A program made the translations under genes and the position numbers. The notes beneath the pieces are model-generated. The model was not told the origin of the DNA and did not search any database. It saw only the letters and a list, made by a program, of their open reading frames with translations. 64,000 nt of DNA from Hypanus sabinus (lineage: Eukaryota), in NCBI RefSeq assembly GCF_030144855.1, contig NC_082729.1, positions 8,122,001 through 8,186,000 on the forward strand. Reading direction: 5' to 3'. The first letter of the stretch is position 1; every line of letters begins with the position of its first letter. Below, piece after piece: positions 49,401 to 62,240 of this stretch.

Positions 49401-52400
49401 GACAGGGAAGATGGAGGAAGGTTCACAAGGACAGGAAAGTGATGGAAAAGTTCACAAGGACAGGGAAGTAATGGTGGAAGGTTCACAAGGACAGGAAAGT
49501 GATGGAAAAGTTCACAAAGACAGGGAAGTGCTGGAGGATGTTTCACAAGGACAAGGAAGTGATGGCCGAAGGTTCACAAGGACAGGGATGTGCTGGAGGA
49601 TGTTTCACAAGGACAGGGATGTGATGGCGGAAGGTTCACAAGGACAGGGAAGTGATGGAAAATTTCACAAGGACAGGGAAGTGATGGAAAAGTTCACAAG
49701 GACAGGGAAGTGCTGGAGGAAGGTTACCAAGGACAGGGAAGTGCTGGTGGATGGTTCACAAGGACAGGGAAGTGCTGGAGGAAGTTTCAGAAGGACAGGG
49801 AAGATAGAGGAAGGTTCACAAGGACAGGGAAGATGGAGGAAGATTCACAAGGACAGGGAAGATGGAGGAAGGTTCACAAGGACAGGAAAGTGCTGGAGGA
49901 AGGTTCACAAGGACAGGGAAGCGTTGGAAAAGTTCACAAGGACAGGGAAGTGCTGTAGGAAGTTTCAGAAGGACAGGGAAGATAGAGGATGGTTCACAAG
50001 GACAGGTAAGATGGAGGAAGTTTCACAAGGACAGGGAAGTGATGGCGGAAGGTTCACAAGGACAGGGAAGTGATGGAAAAGTTCCCAAGGACAGGGAAGA
50101 TGGAGGAAGGTTCACAAGGACAGGAAAGTGATGGAAAAGTTCACAAGGACAGGGAAGATGGAGGAAGGTTCACAAGGACAGGGTAGTGATGGAGGAAGTT
50201 TCACAATGACAGGAAAGGTAGACGAAGGTTCACAAGGACAGGGAAGTGATGGAAAACTTCACAAGGACAGGGAAGTGATGGAAAAGTTCACAAGAACAGG
50301 GAAGTGCTGGAGGAAGGTTCACAATGACAGGAAGTGATGGAGGAAGGTTCACAAGGACAGGGAAGTGCTGGAGGAAGGTTCACAAGTACAGGGAAGTGAT
50401 GGAGGAAGGTTCACAAGGACAGGGAAGTGCTGGAGGAAGGTTCACAAGGACAGGGAAGTGATGGCGGAAGGTTCACAAGGACAGGGAAGTGATGGAAAAG
50501 TTCCCAAGGACAGGGAAGATGGAGGAAGGTTCTCAAGGACAGGAAAGTGATGGAAAAGTTCACAAGGACAGGGAAGTGATGGTGGAAGGTTCACAAGGAC
50601 AGGGAAGTGCTGGAAAAGTTCTCAGGGACAGGGAAGTGCTGCAGGGATGTTCACAAGGACAGGGAAGTGCTGGAGGAAGGTTCACAAGGACAGGGAAGTG
50701 CTGGAGGTAGTTTCACAAGCACAGGGAAGTGATGGCGGAAGGTTCACAATGACCAGGAAGTGATGGGAAAGTTCCCAAGGACAGGGAAGATGGTGGAAAG
50801 TTCCCAAGGACAGGGAAGATTGAGGAAGGTTCACAAGGACAGGAAAGTGATGGAGGATGTTTCACAAGGACAGGGAAGTGCTGGAGGATGTTTCACAAGG
50901 ACAGGGATGTGATGGCGGAAGGTTCACAAAGACAGGGAAGTGATGGAAAAGTTCACAAGGACAGGGAAGATGGAGGAAGGTTGACAAGGACAAGGAAGTG
51001 CTGGAGGAAGGTTCACAAGGACAGGGAAGTGATAGAAAAGTTCACAAGGACAGGGAAGTGCTGCAGGGAGGTTCACAAGGACAGGGAAGTGCTGTAGGAA
51101 GGCTCACAAGGACAGGGAATTGATGGAAAATTTCACAAGGACAGGGAAGTGATGGAAAAGTTCACAAGGACAGGGAAGTGCTGGAGGAAGGTTCACAAGG
51201 ACAGGGAAGTGCTGGAGGAAGGTTCACAAGCACAGGGAGGTGCTGGAGGAAGGTTACCAAGGACAGGGAAGTGATGGTGGATGGTTCACAAGGACAGGGA
51301 AGTGCTGGTGGAAGTTTCAGAAGGACAGGGAAGATAGAGGAAGGTTCACAAGGACAGGGAAGATGGAGGAAGTTTCACAAGGACAGGGAAGATGGAGGAA
51401 GGTTCACATGGACAGGGAAGTGCTGGAGGAAGGTTCACAAGGACAGGGAAGCGTTGGAAAAGTTCACAAGGACAGGGAAGTGCTGGAGCAAGTTTCAGAA
51501 GGACAGGGAAGATAGAGGAAGGTTCACAGGGACAGGGAAGATGGAGGAAGTTTCAACAAGGACAGGGAAGATGGAAGAAGGTTCACAAGGACAGGGTAGT
51601 GATGGAGGAAGTTTCACAATGACAGGAAAGGTAGACGAAGGTTCACAAGGACAGGGATGTGATGGAAAACTTCACAAGGACAGTGAAGTGATGGAAAAGT
51701 TCACAAGAACAGGGAAGTGCTGGAGGAAGGTTCACAATGACAGGAAGTGATGGAGTAAGGTTCACAAGTACAGGGAAGTGATGGAGGAAGGTTCACAAGG
51801 ACAGGGAAGTGATGGAAAAGTTCCCAAGGACAGGGAAGATGGAGGAAGGTTCACAAGGACAGGAAAGTGATGGAAAAGTTCACAAGGACAGGGAAGTGAT
51901 GGTGGAAGGTTCACAAGGACAGGGAAGCGCTGGAGGAAGTTTCACAAGGACAGGGAAGTGATGGAAAAGTTCACAGGACAGCGAAGCGCTGGAGGAAGGT
52001 TCACAAGGACAGGGTAGTGATGGAGGAAGGTTCACAATGACAGGAAGGGTAGTCGAAGGTTCACAAGGACAGGGAAGTTGTGGAAAACTTCACAAGGACA
52101 GGGAAGTGATGGAAAAGTTCACAAGAACAGGGAAGTGCTGGAGGAAGGTTCACAGTGACAGGAAGTGATGGAGGAAGGTTCACAAGGACAGGGAAGTGAT
52201 GGAAAAGTTCCCAAGGACAGGGAAGATGGAGGAAGGTTCACAAGGACAGGGAAGCGTTGGAAAAGTTCACAAGGACAGGGAAGTGCTGGAGGAAGGTTCA
52301 CAAGGACAGGGAAGCGTTGGAAAAGTTCACAAGGACAGGGAAGTGCTGGAGCAAGTTTCAGAAGGACAGGGAAGATAGAGGAAGGTTCACAGGGACAGGG

Positions 52401-55339
52401 AAGATGGAGGAAGTTTCACAAGGACAGGGAAGATGGAAGGTTCACAAGGACAGGGAAGTGATAGAAAAGTTCACAACGACAGGGAAGTGCTGCAGGGAGG
52501 TTCACAAGGACAGGGAAGTGCTGGAGGAAGGTTCACAAGGACAGGGAATTGATGGAAAATTTCACAAGGACAGGGAATTGATGGAAAAGTTCACAAGGAC
52601 GGGGAAGTGCTGGAGGAAGGTTCACAAGGACAGGGAAGTGCTGGAGGAAGGTTCACAAGCACAGGGTAGTGCTGGAGGAAGGTTACCAAGGACAGGGAAG
52701 TGATGGTGGATGGTTCACAAGGACAGGGAAGTGCTGGAGGAAGTTTCAGAAGGACAGGGAAGATAGAGGAAGGTTCACAAGGACAGGGAAGATGGAGGAA
52801 GATTCACAAGGACAGGGAAGATGGAGGAAGGTTCACAAGGACAGGAAAGTGCTGGAGGAAGGTTCACAAGGACAGGGAAGCGTTGGAAAAGTTCACAAGG
52901 ACAGGGAAGTGCTGTAGGAAGTTTCAGAAGGACAGGGAAGATAGAGGATGGTTCACAAGGACAGGTAAGATGGAGGAAGTTTCACAAGGACAGGGAAGAT
53001 GGAAGAAGGTTCACAAGGACAGGGTAGTGATGGAGGAAGTTTCACAATGACAGGAAAGGTAGACGAAGGTTCACAAGGACAGGGAAGTGATGGAAAACTT
53101 CACAAGGACAGGGAAGTGATGGAAAAGTTCACAAGAACAGGGAAGTGCTGGAGGAAGGTTCACAATGACAGGAAGTGATGGAGGAAGGTTCACAAGGACA
53201 GGGAAGTGCTGGAGGAAGGTTCACAAGTACAGGGAAGTGATGGAGGAAGGTTCACAAGGACAGGGAAGTGCTGGAGGAAGGTTCACAAGGACAGGGAAGT
53301 GATGGCGGAAGGTTCACAAGGACAGGGAAGTGATGGAAAAGTTCCCAAGGACAGGGAAGATGGAGGAAGGTTCTCAAGGACAGGAAAGTGATGGAAAAGT
53401 TCACAAGGACAGGGAAGTGATGGTGGAAGGTTCACAAGGACAGGGAAGTGCTGGAAAAGTTCTCAGGGAAAGGGAAGTGCTGCAGGGATGTTCACAAGGA
53501 CAGGGAAGTGCTGGAGGAAGGTTCACAAGGACAGGGAAGTGCTGGAGGTAGTTTCACAAGGACAGGGAAGTGATGGCGGAAGGTTCACAAGGACCAGGAA
53601 GTGATGGGAAAGTTCCCAAGGACAGGGAAGATGGTGGAAAGTTCCCAAGGACAGGGAAGATGGAGGAAGGTTCACAAGGACAGGAAAGTGATGGAAAAGT
53701 TCACAAGCACAGGGAAGTGAAGGTGGATGGGTCACAAGGACAGGGAAGTGCTGGAGGATGTTTCACAAGGACAGGGATGTGATGGCGGAAGGTTCACAAG
53801 GACAGGGAAGTGATGGAAAAGTTCACAAGGACAGGTAAGTGCTGCAGGGAGGTTCACAAGGACAGGGAAGTGCTGGAGGAAGGTTCACAAGGACAGGGAA
53901 TTGATGGAAAAGTTCACAAGGACAGGGAAGATGGAGGAAGGTTGACAAGGACAAGGAAGTGCTGGAGGAAGGTTCACAAGGACAGGGAAGTGATAGAAAA
54001 GTTCACAAGGACAGGGAAGTGCTGCAGGGAGGTTCACAAGGACAGGGAAGTGCTGGAGGAAGGTTCACAAGGACAGGGAAGTGCTGGAGGAAGGTTCACA
54101 AGCACAGGGAGGTGCTGGAGGATGGTTACCAAGGACAGGGAAGTGATGGTGGATGGTTCACAAGGACAGGGAAGTGCTGGTGGAAGTTTCAGAAGGACAG
54201 GGAAGATAGAGGAAGGTTCACAAGGACAGGGAAGATGGAGGAAGTTTCACAAGGACAGGGAAGATGGAGGAAGGTTCACATGGACAGGGAAGTGCTGGAG
54301 GAAGGTTCACAAGGACAGGGAAGCGTTGGAAAAGTTCACAAGGACAGGGAAGTGCTGGAGCAAGTTTCAGAAGGACAGGGAAGATAGAGGAAGGTTCACA
54401 GGGACAGGGAAGATGGAGGAAGTTTCACAAGGACAGGGAAGATGGAAGAAGGTTCACAAGGACAGGGAAGTGATGGAAAAGTTCATAAGGATGGATGTGA
54501 TGGAAAAGTTCACAAGGACAGGGAAGTGCTGGAGGGAGGTTCACAAGGACAGGGAAGTGATGGAAAAGTTCACAAGGACAGGGAAGTGCTGGAGGAAGGT
54601 TCACAAGCACAGGGAGGTGCTGGAGGAAGGTTACCAAGGACAGGGAAGTGATGGTGGATGGTTCACAAGGACAGGGAAGTGCTGGTGGAAGTTTCAGAAG
54701 GACAGGGAAGATAGAGGAAGGTTCACAAGGACAGGGAAGATGGAGGAAGTTTCACAAGGACAGGGAAGATGGAGGAAGGTTCACATGGACAGGGAAGTGC
54801 TGGAGGAAGGTTCACAAGGACAGGGAAGCGTTGGAAAAGTTCACAAGGACAGGGAAGTGCTGGAGCAAGTTTCAGAAGGACAGGGAAGATAGAGGAAGGT
54901 TCACAGGGACAGGGAAGATGGAGGAAGTTTCACAAGGACAGGGAAGATGGAAGAAGGTTCACAAGGACAGGGAAGTGATGGAAAAGTTCATAAGGATGGA
55001 TGTGATGGAAAAGTTCACATGGACAGGGAAGTGCTGGAGGGAGGTTCACAAGGACAGGGAAGTGATGGAAAAGTTCACAAGGACAGGGAAGATGGAGGAA
55101 GGTTGACAAGGACAAGGAAGTGCTGGAGGAAGGTTCACAAGGACAGGGAAGTAATAGAAAAGTTCACAAGGACAGGGAAGTGCTGCAGGGAGGTTCACAA
55201 GGACAGGGAAGTGCTGGAGGAAGGTTCACAAGGACAGGGAAGTGCTGGAAGAAGTTTCACAATGACAGGAAAGGTAGACGAAGGTTCACAAGGACAGGGA
55301 TGTGATGGAAAACTTCACAAGGACAGGGAAGTGATGGAA

Positions 55340-58300
55340 AAGTTCACAAGAACAGGGACGTGCTGGAGGAAGGTTCACAATGACAGGAAGTGATGGAGTA
55401 AGGTTCACAAGTACAGGGAAGTGATAGAGGAAGGTTCACAAGGACAGGGAAGTGATGGAAAAGTTCCCAAGGACAGGGAAGATGGAGGAAGGTTCACAAG
55501 GACAGGAAAGTGATGGAAAAGTTCACAAGGACAGGGAAGTGATGGTGGAAGGTTCACAAGGACAGGGAAGCGCTGGAGGAAGTTTCACAAGGACAGGGAA
55601 GTGATGGAAAAGTTCACAGGACAGCGAAGCGCTGGAGGAAGGTTCACAAGGACAGGGTAGTGATGGAGGAAGGTTCACAATGACAGGAAGGGTAGTCGAA
55701 GGTTCACAAGGACAGGGAAGTTGTGGAAAACTTCACAAGGACAGGGAAGTGATGGAAAAGTTCACAAGAACAGGGAAGTGCTGGAGGAAGGTTCACAGTG
55801 ACAGGAAGTGATGGAGGAAGGTTCACAAGTACAGGGAAGTGATGGAGGAAGGTTCACCAGGACAGGGAAGTGCTGGAGGAAGGTTCACAAGGACAGGGAA
55901 GTGATGGAGGAAGGTTCACAAGGACAGGGAAGTGATGGAAATGTTCCCAAGGACAGGGAAGATGGACGAAGGTTCACAAGGACAGGAAAGTGATGGAAAA
56001 GTTCACAAGGACAGGGAAGTGATGGTGGAAGGTTCACAAGGACAGGGAAGTGCTGGAGGATGTTTCACAAGGACAGGGAAGTGATGGCCGAAGGTTCACA
56101 AGGACAGGGAAGTGATGGAAAAGTTCTCAGGGACAGGGAAGTGCTGCAGGGAGGTTCACAAGGACAGGGATGTGCTGGAGGAAGGTTCACAAAGACAAGG
56201 AATTGATGGAAAAGTTCACAAGGACAGGGAAGTGATGGAAAAGTTCACGAGGACAGGGAAGCGCTGGAGCAAGGTTCACAAGGACAGGGATGTGATGGAA
56301 AAGTTCACAAGGACAGCGAAGCACAGGAGGAAGGTTCACAAGGACAGGGTAGTGATGGAGGAAGGTTCACAAGGACAGGGAAGCGCTGGTGGAAGGTTCA
56401 CAAGGGCAGGGAAGTGCTGGGTGAAGCTTCACTACGACAGGGAAGATTTGGAAGAAGGTTCACAAGGACAGGGAAGATAGTGTAAGGTTCACAAGGACAG
56501 GGAAGATGGAGGAATGTTCACAAGGACAGCGAATTGATGGAAAAGTTCACAAGGACAGGGAAGTGATGGACAAGTTCACAAGGACAGGGAAGCGTTGGGG
56601 GAAGGTTCACAAGGACAGGGGAGTGATGGAAAAGTTCCCAAGGACAGGGAAGATGGAGGAATGTTCCCAAGGACAGGGAAGATGTAGGAAAGTTCATTAG
56701 GACAGGGAAGTGATGATGGAAAAGTTGACAAGGACAGGGAAGTGATGGCGGAAGGTTCACAAGGACAGGGAAGTGATGGAAAAGTTCACAAGGACAGGGG
56801 AGTGATGGTGGAAGGTTCACAAGGACAGGGAAGATGGAGGAAGGTTCACAAGGACAGGAAAGTGATGGAAAAGTTCACAAGGACAGGGAAGTGATGGTGG
56901 AAGGTTCACAAGGACAAGGAAGTGATGGCCGAAGGTTCACAAGGACAGGGATGTGCTGGAGGATGTTTCACAAGGACAGGGATGTGATGGCGGAAGGTTC
57001 ACAAGGACAGGGAAGTGATGGAAAAGTTCACAAGGACAGGGAAGTGCTGCAGGGAGGTTCACAAGGACAGGGAAGTGATGGCCGAAGGTTCACAAGGACA
57101 GGGATGTGCTGGAGGATGTTTCACAAGGACAGGGATGTGATGGCGGAAGGTTCACAAGGAGAAGGAAGTGATGGCCGAAGGTTCACAAGGACAGGGATGT
57201 GCTGGAGGATGTTTCACAAGGACAGGGATGTGATGGCGGAAGGTTCACAAGGACAGGGAAGTGATGGAAAAGTTCACAAGGACAGGGAAGTGCTGCAGGG
57301 AGGTTCACAAGGACAGGGAAGTGCTGGAAGAAGGTTCACAAGGACAGGGAATTGATGGAAAATTTCACAAGGACAGGGAAGTGATGGAAAAGTTCACAAG
57401 GACAGGGAAGTGCTGGAGGAAGGTTACCAAGGACAGGGAAGTGCTGGTGGATGGTTCACAAGGACAGGGAAGTGCTGGAGGAAGTTTCAGAAGGACAGGG
57501 AAGATAGAGGAAGGTTCACAAGGACAGGGAAGATGGAGGAAGATTCACAAGGACAGGGAAGATGGAGGAAGGTTCACAAGGACAGGAAAGTGCTGGAGGA
57601 AGGTTCACAAGGACAGGGAAGCGTTGGAAAAGTTCACAAGGACAGGGAAGTGCTGTAGGAAGTTTCAGAAGGACAGGGAAGATAGAGGATGGTTCACAAG
57701 GACAGGTAAGATGGAGGAAGTTTCACAAGGACAGGGAAGATGGAAGAAGGTTCACAAGGACAGGGTAGTGATGGAGGAAGTTTCACAATGACAGGAAAGG
57801 TAGACGAAGGTTCACAAGGACAGGGAAGTGATGGAAAACTTCACAAGGACAGGGAAGTGATGGAAAAGTTCACAAGAACAGGGAAGTGCTGGAGGAAGGT
57901 TCACAATGACAGGAAGTGATGGAGGAAGGTTCACAAGTACAGGGAAGTGCTGGAGGAAGGTTCACAAGTACAGGGAAGTGATGGAGGAAGGTTCACAAGG
58001 ACAGGGAAGTGCTGGAGGAAGGTTCACAAGGACAGGGAAGTGATGGCGGAAGGTTCACAAGGACAGGGAAGTGATGGAAAAGTTCCCAAGGACAGGGAAG
58101 ATGGAGGAAGGTTCACAAGGACAGGAAAGTGATGGAAAAGTTCACAAGGACAGGGAAGTGATGGTGGAAGGTTCACAAGGACAGGGAAGTGCTGGAAAAG
58201 TTCTCAGGGACAGGGAAGTGCTGCAGGGATGTTCACAAGCACAGGGAAGTGATGGCGGAAGGTTCACAAGGACCAGGAAGTGATGGGAAAGTTCCCAAGG

Positions 58301-61300
58301 ACAGGGAAGATGGTGGAAAGTTCCCAAGGACAGGGAAGATGGAGGAAGGTTCACAAGGACAGGAAAGTGATGGAAAAGTTCACAAGGACAGGGAAGTGAA
58401 GGTGGATGTGTCACAAGGACAGGGAAGTGCTGGAGGATGTTTCACAAGGACAGGGATGTGATGGCGGAAGGTTCACAAGGACAGGGAAGTGATGGAAAAG
58501 TTCACAAGGACAGGTAAGTGCTGCAGGGAGGTTCACAAGGACAGGGAAGTGCTGGAGGAAGGTTCACAAGGACAGGGAAGCGTTGGAAAAGTTCACAAGG
58601 ACAGGGAAGTGCTGGAGCAAGTTTCAGAAGGACAGGGAAGATAGAGGAAGGTTCACAGGGACTGGGAAGATGGAGGAAGTTTCACAAGGACAGGGAAGAT
58701 GGAAGAAGGTTCACAAGGACAGGGAAGTGATGGAAAAGTTCATAAGGATGGATGTGATGGAAAAGTTCACAAGAACAGGGACGTGCTGGAGGAAGGTTCA
58801 CAATGACAGGAAGTGATGGAGTAAGGTTCACAAGTACAGGGAAGTGATAGAGGAAGGTTCACAAGGACAGGGAAGTGATGGAAAAGTTCCCAAGGACAGG
58901 GAAGATGGAGGAAGGTTCACAAGGACAGGAAAGTGATGGAAAAGTTCACAAGGACAGGGAAGTGATGGTGGAAGGTTCACAAGGACAGGGAAGCGCTGGA
59001 GGAAGTTTCACAAGGACAGGGAAGTGATGGAAAAGTTCACAGGACAGCGAAGCGCTGGAGGAAGGTTCACAAGGACAGGGTAGTGATGGAGGAAGGTTCA
59101 CAATGACAGGAAGGGTAGTCGAAGGTTCACAAGGACAGGGAAGTTGTGGAAAACTTCACAAGGACAGGGAAGTGATGGAAAAGTTCACAAGAACAGGGAA
59201 GTGCTGGAGGAAGGTTCACAGTGACAGGAAGTGATGGAGGAAGGTTCACAAGTACAGGGAAGTGATGGAGGAAGGTTCACCAGGACAGGGAAGTGCTGGA
59301 GGAAGGTTCACAAGGACAGGGAAGTGATGGAGGAAGGTTCACAAGGACAGGGAAGTGATGGAAATGTTCCCAAGGACAGGGAAGATGGACGAAGGTTCAC
59401 AAGGACAGGAAAGTGATGGAAAAGTTCACAAGGACAGGGAAGTGATGGTGGAAGGTTCACAAGGACAGGGAAGTGCTGGAGGATGTTTCACAAGGACAGG
59501 GAAGTGATGGCCGAAGGTTCACAAGGACAGGGAAGTGATGGAAAAGTTCTCAGGGACAGGGAAGTGCTGCAGGGAGGTTCACAAGGACAGGGATGTGCTG
59601 GAGGAAGGTTCACAAAGACAAGGAATTGATGGAAAAGTTCACAAGGACAGGGAAGTGATGGAAAAGTTCACGAGGACAGGGAAGCGCTGGAGCAAGGTTC
59701 ACAAGGACAGGGATGTGATGGAAAAGTTCACAAGGACAGCGAAGCACAGGAGGAAGGTTCACAAGGACAGGGTAGTGATGGAGGAAGGTTCACAAGGACA
59801 GGGAAGCGCTGGTGGAAGGTTCACAAGGGCAGGGAAGTGCTGGGTGAAGCTTCACTACGACAGGGAAGATTTGGAAGAAGGTTCACAAGGACAGGGAAGA
59901 TAGTGTAAGGTTCACAAGGACAGGGAAGATGGAGGAATGTTCACAAGGACAGCGAATTGATGGAAAAATTCACAAGGACAGGGAAGTGATGGACAAGTTC
60001 ACAAGGACAGGGAAGCGTTGGGGGAAGGTTCACAAGGACAGGGGAGTGATGGAAAAGTTCCCAAGGACAGGGAAGATGGAGGAATGTTCCCAAGGACAGG
60101 GAAGATGTAGGAAAGTTCATTAGGACAGGGAAGTGATGATGGAAAAGTTGACAAGGACAGGGAAGTGATGGCGGAAGGTTCACAAGGACAGGGAAGTGAT
60201 GGAAAAGTTCACAAGGACAGGGGAGTGATGGTGGAAGGTTCACAAGGACAGGGAAGATGGAGGAAGGTTCACAAGGACAGGAAAGTGATGGAAAAGTTCA
60301 CAAGGACAGGGAAGTGATGGTGGAAGGTTCACAAGGACAAGGAAGTGATGGCCGAAGGTTCACAAGGACAGGGATGTGCTGGAGGATGTTTCACAAGGAC
60401 AGGGATGTGATGGCGGAAGGTTCACAAGGACAGGGAAGTGATGGAAAAGTTCACAAGGACAGGGAAGTGCTGCAGGGAGGTTCACAAGGACAGGGAAGTG
60501 ATGGCCGAAGGTTCACAAGGACAGGGATGTGCTGGAGGATGTTTCACAAGGACAGGGATGTGATGGCGGAAGGTTCACAAGGAGAAGGAAGTGATGGCCG
60601 AAGGTTCACAAGGACAGGGATGTGCTGGAGGATGTTTCACAAGGACAGGGATGTGATGGCGGAAGGTTCACAAGGACAGGGAAGTGATGGAAAAGTTCAC
60701 AAGGACAGGGAAGTGCTGCAGGGAGGTTCACAAGGACAGGGAAGTGCTGGAAGAAGGTTCACAAGGACAGGGAATTGATGGAAAATTTCACAAGGACAGG
60801 GAAGTGATGGAAAAGTTCACAAGGACAGGGAAGTGCTGGAGGAAGGTTACCAAGGACAGGGAAGTGCTGGTGGATGGTTCACAAGGACAGGGAAGTGCTG
60901 GAGGAAGTTTCAGAAGGACAGGGAAGATAGAGGAAGGTTCACAAGGACAGGGAAGATGGAGGAAGATTCACAAGGACAGGGAAGATGGAGGAAGGTTCAC
61001 AAGGACAGGAAAGTGCTGGAGGAAGGTTCACAAGGACAGGGAAGCGTTGGAAAAGTTCACAAGGACAGGGAAGTGCTGTAGGAAGTTTCAGAAGGACAGG
61101 GAAGATAGAGGATGGTTCACAAGGACAGGTAAGATGGAGGAAGTTTCACAAGGACAGGGAAGATGGAAGAAGGTTCACAAGGACAGGGTAGTGATGGAGG
61201 AAGTTTCACAATGACAGGAAAGGTAGACGAAGGTTCACAAGGACAGGGAAGTGATGGAAAACTTCACAAGGACAGGGAAGTGATGGAAAAGTTCACAAGA

Positions 61301-62240
61301 ACAGGGAAGTGCTGGAGGAAGGTTCACAATGACAGGAAGTGATGGAGGAAGGTTCACAAGGACAGGGAAGTGCTGGAGGAAGGTTCACAAGTACAGGGAA
61401 GTGATGGAGGAAGGTTCACAAGGACAGGGAAGTGCTGGAGGAAGGTTCACAAGGACAGGGAAGTGATGGCGGAAGGTTCACAAGGACAGGGAAGTGATGG
61501 AAAAGTTCCCAAGGACAGGGAAGATGGAGGAAGGTTCACAAGGACAGGAAAGTGATGGAAAAGTTCACAAGGACAGGGAAGTGATGGTGGAAGGTTCACA
61601 AGGACAGGGAAGTGCTGGAAAAGTTCTCAGGGACAGGGAAGTGCTGCAGGGATGTTCACAAGGACAGGGAAGTGCTGGAGGAAGGTTCACAAGGACAGGG
61701 AAGTGCTGGAGGTAGTTTCACAAGGACAGGGAAGTGATGGCGGAAGGTTCACAAGGACCAGGAAGTGATGGGAAAGTTCCCAAGGACAGGGAAGATGGTG
61801 GAAAGTTCCCAAGGACAGGGAAGATGGAGGAAGGTTCACAAGGACAGGAAAGTGATGGAAAAGTTCACAAGGACAGGGAAGTGAAGGTGGATGGGTCACA
61901 AGGACAGGGAAGTGCTGGAGGATGTTTCACAAGGACAGGGATGTGATGGCGGAAGGTTCACAAGGACAGGGAAGTGATGGAAAAGTTCACAAGGACAGGT
62001 AAGTGCTGCAGGGAGGTTCACAAGGACAGGGAAGTGCTGGAGGAAGGTTCACAAGGACAGGGAAGCGTTGGAAAAGTTCACAAGGACAGGGAAGTGCTGG
62101 AGCAAGTTTCAGAAGGACAGGGAAGATAGAGGAAGGTTCACAGGGACTGGGAAGATGGAGGAAGTTTCACAAGGACAGGGAAGATGGAAGAAGGTTCACA
62201 AGGACAGGGAAGTGATGGAAAAGTTCATAAGGATGGATGT
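55340..62240 (+). repeat. 3423-bp tandem higher-order duplication
   Basis: Offset 3423 (55808/59231, 56834/60257, 57947/61370), becoming 3485 after a two-monomer indel (58518/62003). Confidence 0.85.
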
